Counted from the first letter of the stretch, positions 19,655 to 29,082 are shown. The stretch is DNA of 35,205 nucleotides from Perlabentimonas sp. (GCA_041685855.1 JAWLEY010000001.1:1-35205), one strand, 5' to 3'. Made by a program: numbers and translations. The notes: generated from the sequence alone by a model not told the origin.

Positions 19655-21946
19655 TTAGTTATTGCCCGTATAGTAAAACTCCTTTTTTAGCATATTACTG
19701 GGGTCTCCTCCAACAAGCACCTCAAAATCGCCTTTCTCGGTAATCCATTGATTGTTTAAATCTACAAACTTTAGGTTATTGTAAGTGATTGTTAGCGATA
19801 CGTTTTTGGTTTCCCCCGCTTTTAGATGGATTTTCTCAAAGTCAACAAGTTTTCTGTCATCAGGTGTGATGGTGGCTACTAAGTCGCTGATGTATAGCTG
19901 CACAACCTCCTTGCCAGCATAGTTACCAGTATTGGTAATATCAACTGAAACTACAATATTCTGATCTGTTGATATTGTATCAGCCGAAAGAGCAAAGTTG
20001 CTGTAGGAGAAGTTTGTGTAGCTGAGGCCATGTCCAAACTCCCATTGCGGGTTAAAGCCATCCATGCCAAAGTTCTCATCGAACTTATCGCTTCCCTTAT
20101 GCTGGTATGTGTGCAGGGTATTTGTATGGCGAGGATAGGTGATGGGCAACTTGCCACTGGGGTTTACCTCACCGCTTATTAGGTTTGCCAGCGCTTTTCC
20201 CCCTTCGTGCCCAGGCCAGTAGGCCATAAATATGGCATCGGCAAGGGGTTCGATTTCACGGATAATTCTCGTTCTACCTTGAAGAAGCACCAAGACAATT
20301 GGTTTACCGCTTCTATGCAGATGTTTTACCAACTCCTTTTGATTTTGTGGTAAGTTGAGGCTATGGATATCGGAGAACTTTTCGGTGGTAGGTTTTTCGC
20401 CAAGGCAAACAAAAATAATATCCGATTGCTTTGCTTGTGAAAGAATATTGCTGGCCTTAATCAGCTCACTATCAAAATTTGTTCCCATCTCGTATTTTAC
20501 GTTCCTTTGGCCATAAGTTTTCCTCATGGCCTGTAGGAAGGTAAGTTTTTCATCATCATTGTATGAAGGGTCATCGCCTTTAAAAGTGCGACTCCATGGG
20601 CCATTTAGAGAAGTTAATGAGTTAGCAGTTGGTCCGGTTACAAGAATTTTTGTGTTTTTATTTTTTAATGGAAGGATGTTATTCTCGTTCTTGAGAAGAG
20701 TGATTGCCTCTTCTGCAGCACTTTGGCTAATATTTGCAAACACTTGTGAGCCAAAGTTTTTGTATTGCGCCGGGTTGTGCCACGATTTCTCGAAAAGTCC
20801 CAGTTTAAACTTTACGAAGAGTATTCTACGCACCGCATCGTTAATTCTGCTCATCGGAATTTCACCATCATCTACCAAATCTATAACATCCTTTGCAAAG
20901 CTTGCATCGTAGGGAACCATGCACATATCCATACCAGCCAGCACGGCCATTTTGGCTGCCTCGCGATTATCCTTGGCTACCTTGTGAACCTCAACCAATC
21001 GGGCAATATCGCCCCAGTCGGATATAACAAAACCCTTCAGTCCCAGTTCACCCTTTAGTATATTGGTAATAAGATGATAATCGATATGCCCTGGTACCCC
21101 GTTAACTGTACCAGAGTTAAGCATCACTGTTAGCGCACCTTTCTCAATGGCTTCTTTGAAAGGTTCAAGGTAGTATTGCCTTAAAAGATGCTCAGGGATG
21201 TATGCAGGTGAACGGTCCTTGCCGCTAAAGGGAGTTCCATACCCAATAAAATGTTTTAGGCAAACGGCTACTTTCGTTGAGTCGGAAATGGAGTTACCCT
21301 GCGAGCCTTCAACAAAGGCAGTGCCCATAACCGTATTCATGTAGGTGTCTTCGCCAAAAGTCTCAAAAATTCGCCCCCAAAGGGGTTGCATGCTAACATC
21401 CAGGGCCGGTGCAAAATTCCAGGGTAACGATGATGCCCTTAGCTCATAGGCAGTTATTCCGCCCATTTTACGAGCATATTCGGGGTTCCAAGTTGCTGCT
21501 AGCGCAATTTGATGAGGAAATAGCGTAGAGCCAGCGGTGTAGTTTGCGCCATGTATCCCATCCATACCAAAAAGTATGGGGATTTGATGATTCGAATTTT
21601 CCAGAACGTACTTTTGTACGGATTTAACAATTCTGTGCCATTCCTCCTTTGAAGGTGGATATTTCCCTTTGTTCTGAACTGAGCCGACTCCATGAGTTAT
21701 TAGCAGCTCCTGCATTTTATTAGGGTCTAGAGTTAGCGTATCTGCATCATTCCAGAAGGGGCCCTCCATTATTGCGGTTAGCCCAATGTTGGTCATTTGT
21801 CCAACCTTCTCTTCCAGCGTAAGCAACTTTAAAAGGCTGTCGGCCTTTTGTAAATATTTTGCATCCGCATCCTTTGGTTCAAACTGAATGCATCCATTGA
21901 GGAGGAGTATGGTAAAAAAAAGGATTGGTATCCGGATTAGCTTCAT
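19655..21946 (-). CDS. Glycoside hydrolase family 3 beta-glucosidase, lipoprotein
   Basis: Lipobox LNGC; LTLEEKVGQM, DGIHG, WGRIFETFGED, CLKHF, ISDW (nucleophile Asp), NPSGKLPITYP, C-terminal Fn3-like domain. Confidence 0.93.
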   Translation of the reverse strand: MKLIRIPILFFTILLLNGCIQFEPKDADAKYLQKADSLLKLLTLEEKVGQMTNIGLTAIMEGPFWNDADTLTLDPNKMQELLITHGVGSVQNKGKYPPSKEEWHRIVKSVQKYVLENSNHQIPILFGMDGIHGANYTAGSTLFPHQIALAATWNPEYARKMGGITAYELRASSLPWNFAPALDVSMQPLWGRIFETFGEDTYMNTVMGTAFVEGSQGNSISDSTKVAVCLKHFIGYGTPFSGKDRSPAYIPEHLLRQYYLEPFKEAIEKGALTVMLNSGTVNGVPGHIDYHLITNILKGELGLKGFVISDWGDIARLVEVHKVAKDNREAAKMAVLAGMDMCMVPYDASFAKDVIDLVDDGEIPMSRINDAVRRILFVKFKLGLFEKSWHNPAQYKNFGSQVFANISQSAAEEAITLLKNENNILPLKNKNTKILVTGPTANSLTSLNGPWSRTFKGDDPSYNDDEKLTFLQAMRKTYGQRNVKYEMGTNFDSELIKASNILSQAKQSDIIFVCLGEKPTTEKFSDIHSLNLPQNQKELVKHLHRSGKPIVLVLLQGRTRIIREIEPLADAIFMAYWPGHEGGKALANLISGEVNPSGKLPITYPRHTNTLHTYQHKGSDKFDENFGMDGFNPQWEFGHGLSYTNFSYSNFALSADTISTDQNIVVSVDITNTGNYAGKEVVQLYISDLVATITPDDRKLVDFEKIHLKAGETKNVSLTITYNNLKFVDLNNQWITEKGDFEVLVGGDPSNMLKKEFYYTGNN

Positions 21947-22088
21947 AATAGTAGATGTATTCTGTACAAATATTTTAAGGTTTGTGCTCCATTTTTCAAT
22001 TTATAGCGCATTTAGCTTGAAATCACGGAAGTTCACATAACAAAAATTCTTGTATCTTCCTCCTGCTTTTTCCTTGATGAGAAGGTAA

Positions 22089-22134
22089 CAAAGAAAAAAG
22101 CAAAACCCTACCTGCCTGTGGTGGTCAGGTAGGG
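22089..22134 (-). terminator. Intrinsic terminator-like hairpin inside the PUL, after the GH158-like gene
   Basis: On the minus strand CCCTACCTG-ACCACCACAGG-CAGGTAGGG (perfect 9-bp stem) is followed immediately by TTTTGCTTTTTTCTTTG. Confidence 0.65.
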
Positions 22135-22277
22135 ATACTTCTGCTTGCCCTGCCAAATCGAAGCATGCGCCCACATAAATGGGGCTAATGATTTAGCATT
22201 CATGCCAATTTTTCAACCTTTTTCCAGCACTTTCACACATTAAGCCTATAGTACTTTCCTGTCGCTTCCTTCGTTAA

Positions 22278-23600
22278 TTATTTAATCAAAAAAGGAATAT
22301 TTACCGTTCCAACGTTATTGTTATCGTCAGCAATGTAGATAAACAGCCTGTATTCACCCTTTTCTTGGGGTGATTTGAATACCACCTTAGAGGTTGAGGC
22401 AGAAACGATAAGCCCTTCAATGGTCTTTGGACGTTTCTCAAAATCGCCACCATCGCTCAATTCAACTGGTTCTGGAAGAATTTCGGCTCTGGCTGTTAGC
22501 ACATCAATGTTAGGATGCTCAATTTCTATACGTGCAGTGTATTCACTATTTTTTTTAAGGTTAACATTGTCAAATCGGCCGCCTTCACCTTCAATTTCAG
22601 CATCGATTATCTTTGGAGCCATATTCTCCGGCCACTTGCCTGTCCATAAATACTCCATAACATTTATGGCTTCCATTTTTTCGCCCTTTTCGGTGAATAA
22701 TCCGTACCAGGTAGGTGTACGTTCTTGCTTTTGACCCCAAAGGAAAACGTATGAACCTAAGCAATTCTCCTTATCGGCAAGGATTGCCTTCTCGTATCGT
22801 TCCTTAATGGCACTAGCCTTTTCTGTTGATGTTTGCTCAATTGGCGAGCCCCATTCAGTTGAAGGCATTTCCCAGTGACCCGTTGCTCCCCATTCGGTTA
22901 CAAGATAGGGACCATCATAACCCGCTTCGGCAAGCCTTTTCTCAAGGTTGATAATATCGCCATACATTTGAATGGAGATAAAATCAATGTTTTTGCAATG
23001 TTCTGCTATATAATCTACTTCACTCTTCCCAATTCCAGCAAGCATTGTGGTAACAACATGATTCCCATCAACCTCTTTAATCATTTTGGCTATATCATCA
23101 ACAGCGTTCCAAACCCTCTTGTTGGTATAGCGAAGGTTTAGCTCGTTGCCAATTCCCCAGCCCAACAGGGCTGGATGGTCTTTTAGTTCACTCACATCCT
23201 GCTTAATTTCTTCTAATTGCTTTGCAACTGCTTCCTTATCGTTATAATCGAATCCATGTCGCTCCTTGGCAACATCTAATCCCATCATAACCATTAGGCC
23301 GTGTTCCCATGCATTATCGAGCACCTCTTTGCCAGTCATTTGGCTGTTGTTAACGCGCCAGGTGCGAATTGAGTTACCTCCATGGTCAGCAACCAGATGA
23401 CAAGCTCCGTGTTCACATCCTGCCCCTTTAACAAAAAACTCTTCACCGTTTACAAACAGTCGGAATTTGCCTTCGGTTTCTTTTAGTTCAACTTTAGATG
23501 GGCCCGTTTTGTCGGTATCAGTTTGCTCGCTATTATCCATATTACACATCGCAAAAAGCGTTGATGCAAATATTAGCACAATAAGTTTTGTTGTTTTCAT
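22278..23600 (-). CDS. Clan GH-A TIM-barrel glycoside hydrolase, GH158-like endo-beta-1,3-glucanase, lipoprotein
   Basis: Lipobox FAMC; FVKGAG, GGNSIRTW, WGIGNELN (acid/base Glu), VTEWGATGHWE (nucleophile Glu), WGQKQERTPTWYG; C-terminal Ig-like domain. Confidence 0.8.
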   Translation of the reverse strand: MKTTKLIVLIFASTLFAMCNMDNSEQTDTDKTGPSKVELKETEGKFRLFVNGEEFFVKGAGCEHGACHLVADHGGNSIRTWRVNNSQMTGKEVLDNAWEHGLMVMMGLDVAKERHGFDYNDKEAVAKQLEEIKQDVSELKDHPALLGWGIGNELNLRYTNKRVWNAVDDIAKMIKEVDGNHVVTTMLAGIGKSEVDYIAEHCKNIDFISIQMYGDIINLEKRLAEAGYDGPYLVTEWGATGHWEMPSTEWGSPIEQTSTEKASAIKERYEKAILADKENCLGSYVFLWGQKQERTPTWYGLFTEKGEKMEAINVMEYLWTGKWPENMAPKIIDAEIEGEGGRFDNVNLKKNSEYTARIEIEHPNIDVLTARAEILPEPVELSDGGDFEKRPKTIEGLIVSASTSKVVFKSPQEKGEYRLFIYIADDNNNVGTVNIPFLIK

Positions 23601-23608
23601 GGTGATTT

Positions 23609-25174
23609 CTATTTAATTAAGTCGGCTTCAAGTTCTTCGAGCGATTTTCCTTTTGTTTCGGGAACAAATCGCCATACAAAAATTATAGTAAGGAAACCAA
23701 AAAATGCATAAATAAAGTATGTTGCACTGGACCCGAGAAACTCAAGCTGAGCAGGGAAAACTGTTGCTACCGAAAAGCTAACAATTGAGTTCCAGAATCC
23801 CATAATTGAGATAGCGAGTCCCCTGAGCTTGTTTGGGAAAATCTCAGAGAGGAGGGTCCACATAACAGGCCCCATTGAAATTGCAAAGGATGCAACAAAC
23901 ATGATTAATCCAATAAGAACCCATACGGGGCTTATTGAAATTGAATGTTTTAGAATAATTTCTTTGTAGTTGTTGTATGTATCGACACCAACAGACTGTT
24001 TTACCATGCCAAAAAATGCAACCTCGTTTCCAAAGGCGTTATCTTTTAGCTGATTTAGCTGCATAATATTCTGAATATGGTGCGTAGCAACCCCCATTTG
24101 CTGGACCTCTTCGGTTAGCGTGTCCATTGATTTTTGGTTAATTGCATATTTTGCATTTCCAAAGGATAGACCAACTATTGATAGGGAGATACAGATTCCT
24201 GCTGCGCCAATATATAGTAGCGGTTTGCGTCCTAACTTATCGATTAGGAACATGGCTAAAATAGTCATAACAACATTGGTAACTCCAAGTATTGCAGCTT
24301 GTAAGAATGCGGCATCTTTCCCGCCACCTGCCATCTCAAAAATCATTGGGGCGTAGTAGAAAATTGCATTTATGCCAGTAATCTGCTGAAAGAATGCTAT
24401 CCCAAATCCAATTATAAGAACTGTTTTCATTCTTTTAGAGAAAAGGTCAGTCCAGCGAACCTTTTTCTTTTTAGCATCATTACTTAGACTTTCTTTGATT
24501 TCTTTTTCCTCAATGGCTGATTGGGTGGCTCCGTGAACTCTTTGGAGCACTGTTTGCGCCTCACTGTCAAGTCCTTTTTGTAGAAGCCATCTTGGGCTTC
24601 GTGGAACAAAGAATAGTAAGACAAGATAAGCTAGTGCAGGGAGAGCTTCCACACCAAGCATTACTCTCCATTTTAGGTCAGGGTCGGTTATTGTTTGTTG
24701 AAAGTAGTAATTGGAGAAATATGCAATGGAAATACCCAGTACTATATTTAGCTGATTAAATGTTACCAGCGTACCTCGCAGGTTCCTTGGGGCAATTTCT
24801 GCAATATACATTGGTGCTATTAAAATAGCCATACCTACACCCAAACCGCCAATTACTCGTGCAATGATAAAACTTATAATATCGAAAGAGAATGCGGTAA
24901 AAAATGCACTGATAATAAATAGCAATGCAGTAAACATAAGTATTCTCCTACGACCAAAGCGGTCGGAGAGTCTTCCTGCAATAATATTACCCATTATTGC
25001 ACCAAGAATTAGTGAGCTGACGGAAAAACCAATAAGCATTGAGCCAGAATTAAGCCCAAAAGTTGCTCTGTAAAAAGGTGTGGCGCCTGAAATCACAGCG
25101 CTGTCGAACCCCAAAAGAAATCCACCCAGAGCAACAACAACCGAAATGAAAATGGTGTATGTTTTTTTATTCAT
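23609..25174 (-). CDS. MFS sugar porter family transporter with an enlarged TM9-TM10 loop
   Basis: GGFLLGFDSAVISGA, SDRFGRR, PMYIAEIAP, PRSPRWL, QQITGINAIFYYAP, DKLGRK, SEIFP, PETKGKSLEE. Confidence 0.95.
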   Translation of the reverse strand: MNKKTYTIFISVVVALGGFLLGFDSAVISGATPFYRATFGLNSGSMLIGFSVSSLILGAIMGNIIAGRLSDRFGRRRILMFTALLFIISAFFTAFSFDIISFIIARVIGGLGVGMAILIAPMYIAEIAPRNLRGTLVTFNQLNIVLGISIAYFSNYYFQQTITDPDLKWRVMLGVEALPALAYLVLLFFVPRSPRWLLQKGLDSEAQTVLQRVHGATQSAIEEKEIKESLSNDAKKKKVRWTDLFSKRMKTVLIIGFGIAFFQQITGINAIFYYAPMIFEMAGGGKDAAFLQAAILGVTNVVMTILAMFLIDKLGRKPLLYIGAAGICISLSIVGLSFGNAKYAINQKSMDTLTEEVQQMGVATHHIQNIMQLNQLKDNAFGNEVAFFGMVKQSVGVDTYNNYKEIILKHSISISPVWVLIGLIMFVASFAISMGPVMWTLLSEIFPNKLRGLAISIMGFWNSIVSFSVATVFPAQLEFLGSSATYFIYAFFGFLTIIFVWRFVPETKGKSLEELEADLIK

Positions 25175-27426
25175 TATAATGATGATTTAATTATTTCAAA
25201 TTCAACTTTTTCACCCGATTGGGAGCAATTCCCAATCCATAGATTGTATGTGCCTGACTCCACTACATATTTCATTTCAGGGTTTTGAAAACCAAGGTTT
25301 TGTGTGTTTAAATGAAATGTTACTTCAATAGTTTCATCGGGCTCAAGAAATACCTTTTTAAAGTCTTTCAGCTCTTTCACAGGGCGAGTTCTGCTTCCGA
25401 ATGGTTGATTTGTATAAAGTTGAACTACTTCAGCAGCAGAATATTCCCCCGTGTTCTCAATTCTTGCAGAAATTTCCAAAATATCGCCGGCCCTTATCCT
25501 GCTTTTCTCCAACTTCACATTATCTATTTTAAAAGAAGAGTAGGATAGACCGTAACCAAAGTGATACATTGGCTCAAAACCATAATCGAGATAATGTGAT
25601 GTGTTTCCGATGGATAATTGTGGTGCTTCGGCCGGAATATCGTTAAGCCTTTCCCATGTTTCGTTGCTGGCGGGTTTGCCTGTGTTCTTGTGATTATAGT
25701 ATATTGGTATTTGCCCAACATGCTTTGGAAATGTTACAGGAAGTTTACCCGATGGAGACACCTTGCCAAAAAGCAAATCAGCAATGGCAGGTCCTGCCAT
25801 AGTGCCTGGATGCCATGCGTAAAGAATTGCATCCATCAGTGGCTCTGTACTTTCAAAAGTAAGTGGTCTTCCTGCCATAATAATAGCCACAACGGGTTTC
25901 CCCGCAGTGGCTACTATCTCAACCAGCTCTGTTTGCGCACCTTGTAAATTTATATTAGCCAAGCTATGCGACTCGCCCGATAATATTGACTCTTCACCAA
26001 GAAAGAGTAGTACCATGTCAGAACGTTTGGCATCGCGAATAATGGCCTGTTTGTTATCAATTTTGTTTGAACGGCTAAGTTCTAATGCACGGTGATAAAA
26101 TAACTCAATTCCTTTCTCCCTAGCAATTTTTTTAAGTGATTCTAGAGGGGTAACAGCATCGTCCTTTTTACCATCAAAAATCCATGTGCCAAGTTGGTCG
26201 TGGGGAGCATCGGCCAATGGGCCAATTACTGCAATTCGTTTTGTGTTTTTTGGTATTGGTAGTGCCCTTTCGTTTTTAAGCAAAACAGCACTTTCTTGCG
26301 CTATCTCTTTAGCAACTTCTAAATGTTTTTCATTTAGTAAATCGGGGAAATCACCCGTATGTGCGTATGGATTATCAAAGAGTCCCAGTTTGAACTTAAG
26401 TCGGAGTATTCGCCTTACGGCGTTGTCAATTAATTCTTCGGATATTGCTCCCTCTTCAAGCAGTTCAATAAGATAGCTTTCGTATGCAGTGCTTGCCATT
26501 TCCATATCAACCGTGGCTTCAATGGATTTTAATGCCGCCTGCTTGTTGTTTTGTGTATATCCGTGAACCACCATTTGAGTTACCGATTCCCAGTCGCTAA
26601 GTACAACCCCATCGAAGTTCCACTCCTTGCGAAGCAAATCACGAAGTAGTGGAGCGTGCCCTGTTGCCGGGATACCGTTTATCTCGTTGAAAGCAGTCAT
26701 AATGCTTGCTGCCCCCGCATCGATAGCCATTTTGAAGGGAGGTAGGATTACATCGTACAGCTCATTTTCTGAAATGTTAGCTGTATTGTAATCGCGGCCA
26801 CCTTCCACCCAGCCGTATGCGGCAAAATGCTTTGCACAGGCTGCAATGGATGTTGGTTTTGAGAGGTCATCATCCTGAAAACCCCTAACAACAGCGGCTC
26901 CAAATACTCCGCTTAGGTGTTGATCCTCACCAAATGTTTCGGCTATTCTTCCCCAGCGTGGATCGCGCGTAACATCAATCATTGGAGCAAAGCTCCAGTT
27001 AACCCCCTGGGATGATGCTTCTGTTGCTGCTACCCGTGCAGCTTGCTCAACCAGATTGGTGTTCCAACTTGCCGCTTGCCCTAAAGGAATTGGCATGATG
27101 GTTCTAAAACCATGTATTACATCGCGCCCAATAAGCAGAGGGATGCCCAAACGACTTTCCTCCACCGCTATTTTTTGAATTTGGTGCACGGTTTTGGGGT
27201 TAACCTCATTCAGAACAGAGCCAACTTTTCCGCTTTTTATTAAGTCACCTAAATCCTGATGGTCACCGTTCTTCTGAACCAGCTGACCAATCTTCTCCTC
27301 AATCGTCATTCTATTTATCAGGACATTAATCTGATTATCAATAGAATCCGACTCTGTATTTGTGCCGCAGCCTGCTATTAAGAAGGCAAGTGCTGTATGT
27401 AATAAAATCTGTTTGATTTTATTCAT
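25174..27426 (-). CDS. Glycoside hydrolase family 3 beta-glucosidase (BglX-like), lipoprotein
   Basis: Lipobox IAGC; SRLGIPLLIGRDVIHG, RDPRWGR, CAKHF, LSDW, LSGE (acid/base), SPSGKLPVTFP; stop overlaps the MFS start (TAATG). Confidence 0.94.
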   Translation of the reverse strand: MNKIKQILLHTALAFLIAGCGTNTESDSIDNQINVLINRMTIEEKIGQLVQKNGDHQDLGDLIKSGKVGSVLNEVNPKTVHQIQKIAVEESRLGIPLLIGRDVIHGFRTIMPIPLGQAASWNTNLVEQAARVAATEASSQGVNWSFAPMIDVTRDPRWGRIAETFGEDQHLSGVFGAAVVRGFQDDDLSKPTSIAACAKHFAAYGWVEGGRDYNTANISENELYDVILPPFKMAIDAGAASIMTAFNEINGIPATGHAPLLRDLLRKEWNFDGVVLSDWESVTQMVVHGYTQNNKQAALKSIEATVDMEMASTAYESYLIELLEEGAISEELIDNAVRRILRLKFKLGLFDNPYAHTGDFPDLLNEKHLEVAKEIAQESAVLLKNERALPIPKNTKRIAVIGPLADAPHDQLGTWIFDGKKDDAVTPLESLKKIAREKGIELFYHRALELSRSNKIDNKQAIIRDAKRSDMVLLFLGEESILSGESHSLANINLQGAQTELVEIVATAGKPVVAIIMAGRPLTFESTEPLMDAILYAWHPGTMAGPAIADLLFGKVSPSGKLPVTFPKHVGQIPIYYNHKNTGKPASNETWERLNDIPAEAPQLSIGNTSHYLDYGFEPMYHFGYGLSYSSFKIDNVKLEKSRIRAGDILEISARIENTGEYSAAEVVQLYTNQPFGSRTRPVKELKDFKKVFLEPDETIEVTFHLNTQNLGFQNPEMKYVVESGTYNLWIGNCSQSGEKVEFEIIKSSL

Positions 27427-27456
27427 CTTACTACTTTCAGTATTATTTTTGATTGC

Positions 27457-27507
27457 AAGGAGTGTTATTAATACATTTTTTACTTGCCATTATTAATAAC
27501 ACTCCTT
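27457..27507. repeat. Perfect 17-bp inverted repeat with a 17-nt spacer between susD and GH3
   Basis: AAGGAGTGTTATTAATA (27457-27473) and TATTAATAACACTCCTT (27491-27507) are exact reverse complements. Confidence 0.95.
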
Positions 27508-27525
27508 AAATTTTATTCCCTGTTT

Positions 27526-29082
27526 TTAATAGCCATCATTGGGAACTAATGTTCCGCCAGAGAGGTCTATTTCATTTTGTGGGATTGGGAGAAAACCTTT
27601 GGTTGCCGAATTAAACGTTACTTCGTAAAGTTGTTCGTCCCCTTCGTAGTTTGGCCCATATTCAGAGTGTGTTAACTCCTGACTGGCATAGGTGAGCCCA
27701 CGTCTTAGTAAATCGTAATACCTAATGCCTTCGAGAGATAGTTCCAATCTTCTTTCCTTCAGTATGTTCTCCATGGTTGCTGGAACGCTGGGAAGATCAA
27801 CCCTGTCCCTTACCTTGTCGAGGTAGGTTTGAGCATTTCCACTACCTAGCTCCGCAGCCATTAACAGAACATCAGAGTAACGGATTACTCTAATATTGGA
27901 TGTTCTGTTTAACTCGAATTGGCCATCGGCGCCCCAATGCTCAGCATCGGAACTGTATTTTTTGGAGAAGTATCCGGTGTGTTGATAACCTTTGTCCAAG
28001 CTACCATCCAGTTCTTCTTCGGTAAGGATGGTGTATTCAAACCTTGGATCATCTTCAAGATCATCAGCCAACTTTTGATTTACAGGGGCAAAACTCCATC
28101 CTCTGTCCCAATTCTGCGAACCTGTTACCCTAGGCCCCTGCATCTGAGCGGCCAGGTTACCGTGCCCTCCTCTGGGATATTCCCAGTCCCACCAGGGCGG
28201 TGTATCACCGTATGAGATTTCAAAAACAGACTCAATGCCAAACTCACCAGCTAGCTTAAAATTATCTTCGTAATTTTCAAATAAATCGTGACCGCTGTTT
28301 AAAATTAGATCTTCGAGTTCGGCAAGAACGTATGCCTGATCAACAGTAGTCCCATCAGCATCGAGCTCATTGTTATATACTCCATTGTAAAACAGGTAAG
28401 TTCTGGCAAGTAGTGCTTGCGCAGCCCATTTTGTTATTCTTCCTGCTTCATCTGTGGGTAGGCTCTCGGGTAAATCAGCAATTGCATCAACCAGATCGAG
28501 AGCAATTTGGTTATAAACCTCTTGCGGGTCGTTCTGCTCCTGCTGATATTCAGATGTAGCTTTTATGGTTTCAGTTATTAGAGGTATGTTTTCAAAGAAA
28601 CGAACCTGCTCAAGATAGAAATAGGCCCTCATGAACTTTGCTTCTGCAATGGTTCTCGCCTTGAACTCATCGGTGGCATCAATACCATCAATAACTTCCA
28701 AGAATAAATTTGCCCTGTATATACCATTGTAGTTTTTAATCCAGATGGAATGGGCAATGGGGCTTGTTGTTGGGATATTGAAAGTATTGAGTTCCTGTTG
28801 ATGTAGCCCATCGTTAGCATCGGCACCACCAGCATATACATCGTCTGATAGTATGTCGGACATGGTTAAGAATGGAGCCCATGCCACTCCGGGAGTTGAC
28901 TGGTACGTCATAACATCGTACACAGCAACTAGCGCTCTCATTGCATCCTCCTCTGTTTGATAGAAGTTAGATGACACAACTTGATCGAGCGGCTTAAGGT
29001 CTAAAAAATCTTCGCAACCTGTTAAAAGCACAATTAAAGCTATTGCTTTTAATGAATTTGATATGTAGTTCTTCATATTCAT
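27526..29082 (-). CDS. susD: SusD/RagB family glycan-binding lipoprotein
   Basis: Lipobox LTGC-EDFLD; YNGIYRAN, AEAKFMRAYFY, GRITKWAAQALLAR, IRYSDVLLMAAE, ERRLELSLEGIRYYDL, PIPQNEI. The start may be the second Met. Confidence 0.95.
   Translation of the reverse strand: MNMKNYISNSLKAIALIVLLTGCEDFLDLKPLDQVVSSNFYQTEEDAMRALVAVYDVMTYQSTPGVAWAPFLTMSDILSDDVYAGGADANDGLHQQELNTFNIPTTSPIAHSIWIKNYNGIYRANLFLEVIDGIDATDEFKARTIAEAKFMRAYFYLEQVRFFENIPLITETIKATSEYQQEQNDPQEVYNQIALDLVDAIADLPESLPTDEAGRITKWAAQALLARTYLFYNGVYNNELDADGTTVDQAYVLAELEDLILNSGHDLFENYEDNFKLAGEFGIESVFEISYGDTPPWWDWEYPRGGHGNLAAQMQGPRVTGSQNWDRGWSFAPVNQKLADDLEDDPRFEYTILTEEELDGSLDKGYQHTGYFSKKYSSDAEHWGADGQFELNRTSNIRVIRYSDVLLMAAELGSGNAQTYLDKVRDRVDLPSVPATMENILKERRLELSLEGIRYYDLLRRGLTYASQELTHSEYGPNYEGDEQLYEVTFNSATKGFLPIPQNEIDLSGGTLVPNDGY

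Noticed and set aside
21967-22000. Internal promoter for GH3-GH149 (AATATTTG with upstream ATTG)
   Set aside because: Both boxes are mismatched and the 22-nt spacer is long; possible but not supportable from sequence alone.
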